Shown here: positions 52,431 through 64,000 of the stretch, piece after piece
How the letters are laid out: each line of letters begins with the position of its first letter
Numbering within the stretch: the stretch's first letter is position 1
Assembly: GCF_902713615.1 (NCBI RefSeq)
Contig: NC_052146.1
Coordinates: 298,476,000-298,539,999, forward strand
DNA from: Scyliorhinus canicula
Lineage: Eukaryota
Length of the DNA stretch: 64,000 nt
Direction of reading: 5' to 3'
Translations under genes and position numbers: made by a program
Notes under the pieces: generated by a model
Seen by the model: only the letters and a program-made list of their open reading frames with translations
Databases searched by the model: none
What the model was told of the DNA's origin: nothing

Positions 52431-52488
52431 ATGGCTGTAGTACACCGGACTCACGGAGCTCAACGCTTCAAACACAGAAAGACCTTTG
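52431..52488 (+). CDS. MAP1LC3C: MAP1LC3C-like (ATG8/LC3 family) exon 1
   Basis: ATG...MAVVHRTHGAQRFKHRKTF-G|GTAAAT; 58 nt; FKxRK motif of LC3 helix 1; an in-frame upstream ATG at 52422 is an alternative start. Confidence 0.85.
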
Positions 52489-52592
52489 GTAAATCGACCT
52501 GTGCTGACATTTTTTTTAAAAAAAGTTTTTTATTTTATTTGTGGAGCTCGGGAACTTGACCAGTTGTTTTCCAATCCTTCTATTTTAAATAG

Positions 52593-52648
52593 CTGCCAGG
52601 AAAGAGGAATCTACCTTCATTCGTGCCAAGTACCCTCAGAAAATACCG
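52593..52648 (+). CDS. MAP1LC3C: MAP1LC3C-like exon 2
   Basis: AATAG| acceptor; (A)ARKEESTFIRAKYPQKIP; 56 nt; donor CCG|GTAAGA. Confidence 0.9.
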
Positions 52649-52731
52649 GTAAGAGTTGTCCTGTGGATGTCTGATTCTGTCTCTCTTTTCCCTCTCTCTC
52701 TGCTGATAATAACCCTTGCTGCTTTCTGTAG

Positions 52732-52838
52732 GTGATTGTGGAACGTTACCATGGCGAGAGACATTTGAAATCACTGGATAAAACCAAATACCTGGTTCCT
52801 CAAGATGTGATCGTGAGCCACTTCATGACCATCATCAG
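52732..52838 (+). CDS. MAP1LC3C: MAP1LC3C-like exon 3
   Basis: long pyrimidine tract + TGTAG|; VIVERYHGERHLKSLDKTKYLVPQDVIVSHFMTII-R; 107 nt; donor AG|GTATCA. Confidence 0.92.
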
Positions 52839-53437
52839 GTATCATTGACCTTGTCAGGAATAGCATTTGGAATCCAGTCCTAAACCCACATCAACTTGTG
52901 GTCAAAGTTGGTAGCAAATTCTCTTGCAAACAGTCTGGCCTTGGGCACTCATATTTGTGAAGTGGTGCAAAATGGCCATTTGTGAATTAGTCCCTGTTTT
53001 GAGCACAGCCCCTATTAAAATCTCCAGCTAATGCAAATGGTCATCTGCATTTTATTTTTCTGGAGTCATTTCCTGGACTGACATTACTGTGGCTATTAAA
53101 ATCTGGTACCCTTTCTGCCTCCCTGATTGGGATTGGTATGAACAACAGCTGCGGCAATAAACTAAATTTCAAAGGATGCTGCAATGAGATGTCCCATCCC
53201 ATCAGGCATAATTTGAACAAGCTAGGGCTCTTTTGAGATTTGGGTGGGGGGGATTTAAAGCAGATGGGAGAATCATTTAAGGGATAAAAGCAAATTATTG
53301 GAGATGCTGGAATCTGAAACCAAAGAGAAAATGCTGGAAAATCTCAGCAGGTCTGGCAGCGTCTGTAGGGAGAGAGAAGAGCTAATGTTGCAAGTCCAGC
53401 TAACCCTTTGTCAAAGCATGTGAGGGTTGGGACTTTA

Positions 53438-53676
53438 ATTTTTTTTTATTTTATTTTTTTATAAATTTAGATTACCCAATTATTTTTCCAATTAAGGGGC
53501 AATTTAGCGTGGCCAATCCACCTACTCTGCACATTTTTGGGTTGTGGGGGCGAAACCCACGCAGACACGGGGAGAATGTGCAAACTCCACACGGACAGTG
53601 ACCCAGAGCCGGGATCGAACCTGGGACCTCAGCGCCGTGAGGCAGCTGTGCTAACCACTAGGCCACCGTGCTGCCC
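53438..53676 (-). mobile_element. short V-SINE in LC3C-like intron 3
   Basis: TSD GGTTGGGACTTTAAT on both sides. Confidence 0.88.
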
Positions 53677-54234
53677 TTGGTTGGGACTTTAATAACTTGT
53701 GGCCACTAGGGAATTTGGATAGTCCTTCTGCAGAGTACTCCCAATGTGAAACTTGTAGCCATGAAGTGAATGACATGGATATCTAGAAGTATATGTTGAT
53801 ATGGTTGGATGGTAGTGAGGAGCATAAACCAGTTGCCTGAATTAACAAAAAATGAGTCCCTCTATACTACTGGGGTCCACTTTTCATGCATGTAGCACAG
53901 TGGATAGCACTGTGGCTTCACCGTGCCAGGTTCCCAGGTTGATTCCCTGCTGGGTCACTCTGTGTGGAGTCTGCACGTTCTCCCTGTGTGGGTTTTTTTC
54001 CCACGTCCAAAGATGTGCAGGTTAGGTGGATTGGCCATGATAAATTTCCCTTGGTGACCAAAAAAAAAGGTTGAGGGGTTACTGGGATAGGGTGGAAGTG
54101 AGGGCTTAAGTGGGTTGGAGCAGACTTTATGGGCCAAATGGCCTCTGCACTATATGTTCTATGTTCTCTATGGTTTGGGATTTTCTTCACTTGGTAGATA
54201 TGAGGTTTCATTAATGCATTTGCCCTTTTCCTAG

Positions 54235-54400
54235 GAACAGATTGGCTCTAACACCTAATCAAGCTTTTTATCTTGTGGTGAGGAACAAAAGTCTCTCAAA
54301 CATGTATGCCACCATTGCTGAACTGGACCAAGAATTCCAGGATTCCGATGGCTTCCTGTACATCTCTTATGCGTCCCAGGAGATGTTTGGTGCAAGCTGA
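54235..54400 (+). CDS. MAP1LC3C: MAP1LC3C-like exon 4 (terminal)
   Basis: CCTAG| acceptor; NRLALTPNQAFYLVVRNKSLSNMYATIAELDQEFQDSDGFLYISYASQEMFGAS*; lipidation Gly falls at residue 126 of 128. Confidence 0.92.
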
Positions 54401-55802
54401 TCCAGTGCTCAAATGAATTCCGAGGTGGGAATATTAAGACACACCCATTTCTGTTGCCTGGTTTGAAAGCAAAAACTTTTTCCTCTGTGGTGGAGCATTT
54501 ACTACAGCAGTACAGGAAATAGAACTGGTGAAATGATGACTGTAGAAAGCTGATCCTGATGCTTTTGCTAGAAGACAGGCTGCCTCTTGGACTCCAGCAA
54601 GGGATAAGAATGGGCTTTTTGGTGGAGACTATGACTCTTCTGTCCCACTTTATTTTGTTCAAGCAATGGCCATTTTTAATGCCTTGCTTACACCCATTTG
54701 AGCAATGGGAATCTAATGGAAGTGGGAGTCTTGAATTCTATAAAGCATGTGTTTTTTTTATCACTAGTCCTGGTTGGTCCACTGGTAATTGTGTAAAATG
54801 CCTTTGTGCCCGTGTAGAAAGAATTCTGTTCTGGGTTCCTAGTTCTGACTGATAACATGCTGACATTGGATTTATTTACAGCACTTGGTGTATGGTACAA
54901 AAATTAACAATTGCCGTTAAGCCAGTGCACCTTCACTGCTTTACTGGTGGCAGTTTCTTCTCCACTCCACCCATACTCGATACCTCCATACAATCCAATA
55001 ACAATTGTTTACAATTATTTTTTTTGCACAAACACTCCTGGTCACATTATAGCTTTTGTACTTACTAATTTTATTACATTTGCTGCTATTTAAAGCCAGT
55101 TGCAGCAAGAGCCTCCTGTGCACCCACTATATATAGTACTGTAACATGGTGGATTTGAGTGGAATGATTTATAGTGTTGTGTAAGAGGTGACATGACAAT
55201 GTAGTACTTCAAACAGGGATGCCTCAAATTGGATTAATATGATCCTAATATCCCACTCCCGAGAAGGGGGAGTCATTCTTGAACCACTGGAATTTGTGAT
55301 GTAAATATTAACCCAGCAACAGTGAAGAAATGCTTTTTTTTAAAAATGGAACAAAATGCAGTTTACTTTGTGATCTAGTTGGAATCCAGGTGAGTTGAGG
55401 GACTAGTTCAGTGTGCAATCTTTCATTCTATGCAAATTATGATATGAAACAAATTCACTGCTGCAGAAATATTTGCTGCTTCAACATGTTACTTTAGGTT
55501 TCCAAACATCACTTGAGTACCCAGGCTCTGAGCACTAGCTGCCTTTGTTTCAGGTCTGTGCCTTCAGGATGGTGGAAGCCCCATGGATTTAATATCCTTA
55601 GATTTGCATACAATCATGTTCATTTGGCTAGGCCAACAATTACTATCAAGGGTGCCTTAATCAGATTAATCTTTTGTGTGGGAGTCAGTGTGAATGGCAC
55701 CAGATGGGATAAAGGTTTAAACTAGGTGACTCAATCGTCATTGAATATAAATGTTCTTTTTATGTTTTAAATTGTCTGTCGTATTTTAAAAATCTGTACT
55801 GC

Positions 55803-55808
55803 AATAAA
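55803..55808 (+). terminator. candidate polyadenylation signal of the LC3C-like gene
   Basis: AATAAA at the end of a repeat-free AT-rich stretch following the stop codon. Confidence 0.35.
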
Positions 55809-56199
55809 GGCTGGGACTTCATGAAAGCTTACTTTTCTGAGAATTGTTCCACCAGATTCCTCAAACCAGGAAAGAGGCTAGTGTATATTACATTTCCTAA
55901 AGTTCTAATTTTGGGTTCAAACTTTCCCCAACCAATCCATTACTGAACAATTTACCAAGTTTGTTGACTGTGCCACATGATGCATTAAACAGGTGTCCCC
56001 ATACTAAGCTCCAGTTAATACAAACTGCTTTTAGCCAAAGTCTTGTTCATCCCATTATGCCTGCTATGACCTATAGGGGCCTATAACCTTACGTAGTACT
56101 TTTAATATTGCAACAGCCCTAGTTCCACAATTACATTGCTATGCAAAGATGATTAAAACACCTGCAAGGGAGAGGATCTTTCAGTGGAGAGGTATTATT

Positions 56200-59100
56200 T
56201 ATAGTCAACGGGAGGGAAAGTCAGGGAACCAAGAGGTGAAGGAATCAGTGGGAAGCGTAGCTGCTTAGGATTACAAAAAATCACGAAAAGACAGAGCTCA
56301 GGAGAGGTTACGATAGTCCCCATCTCTCAAAATATGACACTGTATGGAAAGGCTCAGTAAACCAAGGTCCACCACACTAAGAAAACAAAAAGGGACAGTC
56401 AATAGGGAATTAAAGGTGCTATATTTAAATGCCCACAGTGTACAGAACAAGGTAGATGAGCTTGTGGCCCAGATTGTGACTGGCAGGTATGATGTGGTAG
56501 GCATCACAGAGACGTGGTTGCAGGGGGTTCGGGACTGGCAGTTAAACATCCAGGGATTTACAACCTATCGAAAAGACAGAGGGAGCGGGGTTGCCTTGTT
56601 AATTAGAAATGAAATTAAATCAATAGCACTAAACGACATAGGGTCAGACGATGTGGAGTCTGTGTGGGTAGAGTTGAGGAACCACAAAGGCAAAAAAACC
56701 ATAATGGGAGTTATGTACAGGCCTCCTGACAGTGGTCAGGACCAGGGGCACAAAATGCACCACAAAATAGAATGGGCATGTCAGAAAGGCAAGGTCACAG
56801 TGATCATGGGGGACTTCAATATGCAGGTGGACTGGGTAAATAATGTTGCCAGTGGACCCAAAGAAAGGGAATTCATTGAATGTTTACAGGATGGCTTTTT
56901 GGAACAGCTTGTGATGGAGCCTACGAGGGAACAGGCTATTCTGGACTTAGTGTTATGTAATGAGCCAGAATTGATAAAAGATCTTAAAGTAAGGGAACAC
57001 TTAGGAAGCAGTGATCATAATATGGTTGAATTCAGTCTGCAATTTGAAAGAAGGAAGGTAGAACCAGATGTAAAGGTTTTACAGTTAAATAAAGGTAATT
57101 ACAGGCGCATGAGGGAGGAACTGACGAAAATCGACTGGAAGCAGAGCCTAGTGGGAAAGACAGTAGAACAGCAATGGCAGGAGTTTCTGGGAGTAATTGA
57201 GGACACAGTGCAGAGGTTCATCCCAAAGAAAAGAAAGGTTATCAGAGGGAGGATTAGGCAGCCATGGCTGACAAAGGAAGTCAGGGAATGCATCAAGGCA
57301 AAAGAGAGAGCCTATAATGTGGCAAAGAGTAGTGGGAAGTCAGAAGATTGGGAAGGCTACAAAAACAAACAGAGGATAACAAAGAGAGAAATAAGGAAGG
57401 AGAGGATCAAATATGAAGGTAGGCTAGCCAGTAACATTAGGAATGATAGTAAAAGTTTCTTTAAATACATTAAAAACAAACGGGAGGCAAAAGTAGACAT
57501 TGGGCCGCTCCAAAATGACGCTGGTAATCTAGAGATGGGAGACAAGGAAATAGCTGAGGAACTTAATAAGTACTTTGCGTCAGTCTTCACAGTAGAAGAC
57601 ATGAGTAATATCCCAACAATTCAGGAAAGTCAGGGGGCAGAGTTGAATATGGTTGCCATCACAAAGGAGAAAGTGCTAGAGAAACTAAAAGGTCTGAAAA
57701 TTGATAAATCTCTGGGCCCAGATGGGCTACATCCTAGAGTTCTAAAGGAGATAGCTGAAGAAATAGTGGAGGCGTTAGTTATGATCTTTCAAAAGTCACT
57801 GGAATCAGGGAAAGTCCCAGAGGATTGGAAAATCGCTGTTATAACCCCCCTGTTCAAGAAGGGAACAAGAAAAAAAATGGAAAATTATAGGCCAATTAGC
57901 CTAACCTCAGTTGTTGGCAAAATTCTAGAATCCATCGTTAAGGATGAGATTTCTAAATTCTTGGAAGTGCAGGGTCGGATTAGGACAAGTCAGCATGGAT
58001 TTGGTAAGGGGAGGTCGTGCCTGACAAACCTGTTAGAGTTCTTTGAAGAGATAACAAATAGGTTAGACCAAGGAGAGCCAATGGATGTTATCTATCTTGA
58101 CTGCCAAAAGGCCTTTGACAAGGTGCCTCACGGGAGACTGCTGAGTAAAATAAGGGCCCATGGTATTCGAGGCAAGGTACTAACATGGATTGACGATTGG
58201 CTGTCAGACAGAAGGCAGAGAGTTGGGATAAAAGGTTCTTTTTCGGAATGGCAACCGGTGACAAGTGGTGTCCTGCAGGGTTCAGTGTTGGGGCCACAGC
58301 TGTTCTCTTTATATATTAACGATCTAGATGACGGGACTGGGGGCATTCTGGCCAAGTTTGCCGATGATACAAAGATAGGTGGAGGGGCAGGTAGTATTGA
58401 GGAGGTGGGGAGGCTGCAGAAAGATTTACAGTTTAGGAGAATGGTCCAAGAAGTGGCTGATGAAATTCAACGTGGGCAAAGTGCACTTTGGAAAAAAGAA
58501 TAGAGGCATGGACTATTTTCTAAACGGTGACAAAATTCATAATGCTAAAGTGCAAAGGGACTTGGGAGTCCTAGTCCAGGATTCTCTAAAGGTAAACTTG
58601 CAGGTTGAGTCCGTAATTAAGAAAGCAAATGTAATGTTGTCATTTATCTCAAGAGGCTTGGAATATAAAAGCAGGGATGTACTTCTGAGGCTTTATAAAG
58701 CACTAGTAAGGCCCCATTTAGAATACTGTGAGCAATTTTGGGCCCCACACCTCAGGAAGGACATACTGGCACTGGAGCGGGTCCAGCGGAGATTCACACG
58801 GATGATCCCAGGAATGGTAGGCCTAACATACGATGAACGTCTGAGGATCGTGGGATTATATTCATTGGAGTTTAGGAGGTTGAGGGGCGATCTAATAGAA
58901 ACTTACAAGATAATGAATGGCTTGGATAGGATGGGCGTAGGGAAGTTGTTTCCATTAGCAGGGGAGACTAGGACACGGGGGCACAGCCTTAGAATAAAAG
59001 GGAGTCACTTTAGAACAGAGATGAGGAGAAATTTCTTCAGCCAGAGAGTGGTAGGTCTGTGGAATTCATTGCCACAGAGGGCGGTGGAGGCCGGGACGTT

Positions 59101-59262
59101 GAGTGTCTTTAAGACAGAAATTGATAAATTCTTGATTTCTCGAGGAATTAAGGGCTATGGGGAGAGAGCGGGGAAATGGAGTTGAAATCAACCATGATTG
59201 AATGGTGGAGTGGACTCGATGGGCCGAATGGCCTTACTTCCGCTCCTATGTCTTATGGTCTT
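56200..59262 (+). mobile_element. CR1-clade LINE, 5'-truncated with nearly complete ORF2
   Basis: EN and RT motifs; 3' tail CCTATGTCTTATGGTCTTA. Confidence 0.92.
56344..59185 (+). pseudogene. CR1 ORF2 (APE endonuclease + reverse transcriptase), one frameshift near 58428
   Basis: YLNA, GITETW, GDFN, SDH; NYRPISLTS, KAFDKVPH, QGSVLGP, FADD; ORFs 56344..58503 and 58379..59185 join by restoring ~2 nt. Confidence 0.92.
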
Positions 59263-59759
59263 ACATTGGTGGACAGGGTAGAGGAACTTCATAAAGGAAT
59301 GTTCTCATCACTACATGTTACAATAGTTTGCAGCTGGCAATCTTGTTTATTAAAAAAAAATAAGTACCAAATTAAGGGGCTATTTAGCATAGCCAATCCA
59401 TCTACACTGCACATCTTTGGGTTGTGGAGGTGAGACCCATTCACACAAATGTGCAAACTCCACACCGACTGTGGGCCAGAGTTGAACCCAGGTCCTTAGT
59501 GCTAACCACTGCTACCATCCTGCCCTGGTCCAAGCATTCACATTTAAAAAAAATAGGCAGAATGTGCAAATTCCACATGGACAGTGATCCAGGGCCGGAA
59601 CTTGAGCCTGGGTCCAGTGCTGCCCTAAACATCGATGTTTTCTAAAGCAACAATTGTGCCCAAGGGTATTCACCCACCATATTTTAAAGTGATCCAAATT
59701 AAATAGTCCTGCCCCATGTTTGCTTCTCCACTTACTTGAGCAATTAGAACACAGCACAA

Positions 59760-62700
59760 AACATTACTGAAAAAGTGTTTTATTAAAACTGATGTGCTTC
59801 TTGTGTTGGCCAAAAAGTGCCAAAATTCTCTTTACAGCACAATTATCTCATACAAATATCCTTTTTGCAGAAAGTGATGCAGTGATTTTCCTCAACAGTA
59901 GCATGGGTGCCAACTACAACTTAAAATACAAAGACAATTTGTAGCTAAAGAAAATATTCAGTAGTATACACATCCCATTGTAGATTTGTACTGTAACAGT
60001 GTTAATACTATTCCAAACAGCACCTGTGATACAAGTAAAACTGATGAGCAGAGCATACTGTCTCATTACATCCATCCCATCTGCACCAACTATTCAGTTT
60101 ACACAATCTACGTGAAAAAGGAATACTTCAGTCATTGTTTAAATGATGTTTCCTTTAAGGCAAAACACACATGGGCACCTTGACCACAGGTGTATGCAGC
60201 TATGTATGTGTTGTATTGCAGAAACCCAACAAGTGACTTACAATACAAATGTAATGGGCTGTTCAATCCAAATATTTTTCCGTTTAAATTTTTGTCAATG
60301 TGCAGATTAACTTTTTTTACAGGAAGTTAATCAACATACTCGCACAGTAATATGGCAGCAGAATAGAGAGTCCTTCAATACAATAGTACATTCTACCATT
60401 TGGTCTATTACCTAGAGCGGTAACATGCGATAAGCAAAGCTTCACCCAATACATTATCCTTTTCAAGATTGAAAACATTAGTGGCTTTTGGTTCCAACCC
60501 ACTGCTTTTAATTCAAAATAGCATTTTAAGGCACAGAAACAATGTAGTCATACGTCAACCTTTCACACCAGCCCAGCATCAGGGAGGAGTAACACCCAGA
60601 GCAGTTTGCACAATTGTTTTTGTAATTTGAATAAAACTTGTGGTTAATCTTCTAACTTCTCCAGCACAATCAATCAGGACAGCGGATATAATTAAAAATA
60701 GGGATTGAAAAAACCCAGCTGTTTGAAAATCAATACATCCAATTCAAAATGGGAAAACCACAGTTACAGGACTGCCTCGCCTCCAACTCAGACACCAATG
60801 TAAACATTGATGGGATTTTTTTGTTTTTGAAACCTAATACATTACCATGATGATTTCCAGCCATAACTATCTTCAATTTTTCATACATGTTGTAAACCGA
60901 TGCATTCAAACATAATTCATTCTATAAAACAAGCTGACTTTAGACTTGACAGCTAGCCAAGTTCTCATATTAATTGCTTTTATGTTAACGTTCCAATGTG
61001 GAGTAAGATGGCTTTTAAAATGGAGAATTACACCTTGATATCGTCTGATGGGAGGGAATGGGGAAACAGAAGTCTCATTTCCACAACGGATTATGTTGGA
61101 GATAGATGTGTTCTATCCAATACCTGCAAATGAAGAGCAACTTCAAGACACAGGACATTGTAATCCAGTAGTTTTCACTGACTGGAAGTATAATAATAAT
61201 CTTTTGTCACAAGTATGAAGTTACTGTGAAAAGCCCCTAGTCGCTACATTCTGGCGCCTGTTCGGGTAAGCTGGTACGGGAATTGAACCCGCGCTGCTGG
61301 CCTTGTCTGTATTAAAAACCAGATGTCTAGCCCACTGAACAAAGCCAGCAGGACACTCTGCGAGATCTTTTTTGCATTTGGCCAAAACATTACTTAAAAA
61401 AAAATTTTTTTGTGTTAAATTTAGTGTACCCAATTCATTTTTTCCAATTACAGGGCAATTTAGCATAGTCAATTCACCTACCCTGCACATCTTTTGGGTT
61501 GTGGGGCCAAAACCCACGCAAACGCAGGGGAGAATGTGCAAACTCCACACGGACAGTGACCCAGAGCCGGGATCGAACCTGGGATCTAGGAGTCGTGAGG
61601 CAACAGGGCTAACCCACTGCGCCACCGTGCTGCCCTTGGCCAAAACATTACTGGCCAGTGGCCACACTGAAGCCTTCCTGAATTCACATATCTAATAGGC
61701 ATCAATTACTAATCATCCTTAAATATAGAACCAGGACTTAGGCTGATTTTAAATTGAGGATGACTGGGCTAATGTAATGTCGAAGTAATCTCATGTGGGC
61801 ATGGTCTCTTCTGAATGAGCTCCATGGGTATTGAGTGCCCTCTAGTATCTTGCATATCTGAGCTTTCAAAATAGATTTTAGACTAATTAAACAGAGCATG
61901 TGATAGCCAAGCCCGATAACATGAACACTGCTGGGAAATTCCACAATGGATTTAAATAAAAAGCAAACTGCATTCAACGATTGAAATCAGTTCGCTGAAG
62001 CAAAAATAATACTTCCTTTAATATTTCTACCTTACCACGGAAGAAAATTTATAACGGATGGCACAAATCTGTTTATCTCGTAGTTTACACTATGCAAGAT
62101 TCAAAGAATTAACATTCAATGATTTTAACCTCTGTTTCCCCATTGAATCTGAAAATTAGAGCTATGTGATTCAGAGCATCTTTTCACCCAAAGGGTAGTG
62201 TGAATATGGAAGAGCCTCTCTCAAAAGGCTTTGGATCCAGGGGTGGGAAAGAGATCAAGACATGGCTGAAATGGGACCAATTTTTTAGTATTTTATATTG
62301 ATTTTCAAGGTGATGTTTTGAGGTATAATCAGTCATTATATTAACTAAATTGTGGAAAAGGCTCGAGGGACAGAATGGCCCACTCCTCGTTCCCGTTTTC
62401 CTATCATCGAAAGCCTACATTACAAGTAAATAAAAAGAGGTTTGACTTCACCCAAAGTAAACAATGGCACAAACCAGTGATCAAGACTTGTTAATCCATC
62501 CAAATGAATGCTTTTCTGCAATGTTTTGTTCCGTCAATACAATTACGAAAATGACAATGATTTTTTTAATTTAAAAAGAGCTTTTATATCAGAACAATAG
62601 GTTTAGAAGAGGGAAGCAACATGGGCTATACACGTACTCTGATGCTGTGCTTCTCAAAAAGGACTCCCGCTAGCGTTTGTTGGGATTCAGCATGGACCAA

Positions 62701-64000
62701 GCCCGCTTGGCAAAATATAAAACAAGTTCTTATTTAATACCTAGGATTTTACATAAATATTATTCAAAGTCTCAAACTGCAGTAAAAATACAACTAAACA
62801 AATATATAAAGCAGCATCTTCAAGTGAAAAGACCTTTGACAGATGATTTACATAGTGGTACAAATAGCTTCCTTATTTTACTGAAAAATCATAGAACAAA
62901 TAAATTGTATGATTCAAGTAAGCAAGAATCAGAATCAGTCTCTGAATGTACAGTAATTAATGTTTTTAAAAATAAACTAAGATTGTATTTGAACAGAGGT
63001 AAAAGACGACAATACTCCAAGAACCAGTTATTTAAAAAGCTTAGCTAATTTTAAAATGCACAATAACACTGGCAAGTTGTATCAGTTGGATTACAAGTCA
63101 ATGTTCCACTTTCTAAATTAAAGTTCTGTACTTATTGGACTTTTAAGCAGGAAAATGACAAATCGCTTGATTGAAAAATAATTCACCCTTGGAAACGTAA
63201 TCACCACTGGATCCTCTTTCTTTTCCCTGATTATTACTGGCCACTGGCATGTGTACAAAAAAGGATACAACAGCAGATTGCTGCAAAGATGGGCACAATC
63301 AGCAAGGTGCTCATATTGGGTTCTTTTTGTCATTTAACTTGTGAGCAACTACAGTATAACCTTTGTTGACCCATTTCAAACAGGAGGAACTCAAATCGCA
63401 CTGCTGTAACACCATCATTTCATGTTGGGAATATTCAATTGGCTGGCCACATACCTCCACAACAGCCTAAAATGCTTTTTTTTTACTGGAGTGTAAATAG
63501 AAATGACCCCCATGCACGGCAGCCAAAATAAAAAAAACAATCACTCACCAAAACAATCTGGGAGAAAGGGGGGTTAGCGGGGTGCAAGTGGGAAGGGAAG
63601 ATTTCTTTCTGATGGTGCTCAGAACTGCACGCTGTCTAGAACCCTGGCACCAAATAGAGTCTAAAGCAAGCTGGCAGAATGAATCAACTCAGCATATCTA
63701 GAGCTGTAAAAGGAGGCTAAAGAAAATTAAGCTGGATCAGCAAATTTATCTGGCTTTACTGACTGTATTGCTGTGATGAAAAATGTCTATCAGCTTACCA
63801 GGTTCAGCATAAATCCCACCAATAAAAGACACATTAGTACATGGGGGGAAGCCCCACAAACACTGACAATTTTACGCATTTCAGACTAAGAAGTGATCTA
63901 ACGTAACAAAATCCAGAGCTTAGCTACAGTTAATACTGAAAACTAAGGATTGGCTTTTGTTTGATACTGTGGAATGTCATAATTCATACCTATAGCTCAG
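59760..64000 (-). other. probable long 3'UTR of a minus-strand gene outside the window
   Basis: abrupt switch to AT-rich, repeat-poor sequence with AATAAA on the minus strand (59784-59779) at the boundary; no coding exon recognised. Confidence 0.4.
61395..61635 (-). mobile_element. short V-SINE (further copies ~106-238, 4610-4830, 8693-8905, 12966-13190, 20978-21195, 22016-22260, 22742-22957, 23358-23580, 28397-28594, 30721-30940, 31996-32224, 35800-35990, 37463-37656, 39140-39366)
   Basis: TSD TTGGCCAAAACATTACT; same consensus as 7256-7496. Confidence 0.88.

Overview
This is eukaryotic, repeat-rich vertebrate DNA, most likely a shark/elasmobranch, inferred from HE1-like V-SINEs, Deu-domain SINEs and CR1, Rex1 and fish-type L1 LINEs. 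Host genes: (1) a complete 4-exon DACT2 (Dapper2) on the minus strand (CDS 30066->10977, 755 aa); (2) a 4-exon MAP1LC3C-like (ATG8/LC3) gene on the plus strand (52431-54400, 128 aa), missed by the ORF track because its exons are short; (3) probably the 3'UTR of another minus-strand gene at the right end. Between the two genes lie a near-intact PIF/Harbinger transposon (40277-45823; spliced Myb/SANT gene plus convergent DDE transposase) and a second, decayed Harbinger (46789-~51665). The decayed element hosts a Rex1 LINE fragment, which in turn hosts an intact CIRBP/RBM3-family retrocopy with a 15-bp TSD. Most striking observation: both divergent Harbinger elements carry, ~200-240 nt after the transposase stop and on the transposase strand, a conserved ~60-nt box C (ATGATGA) / box D (CTGA) kink-turn module. 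It shows a compensatory base change and sits inside a conserved outer helix, so it is a candidate transposon-encoded C/D-box RNA or structured 3'UTR element. Other content: a Harbinger MITE, a hAT/Buster remnant, solo LTRs, L1, CR1, Rex1, RTE and Penelope fragments, many SINEs and several minisatellites. All calls were made by eye; SINE/LINE boundaries are approximate and no database search was run.
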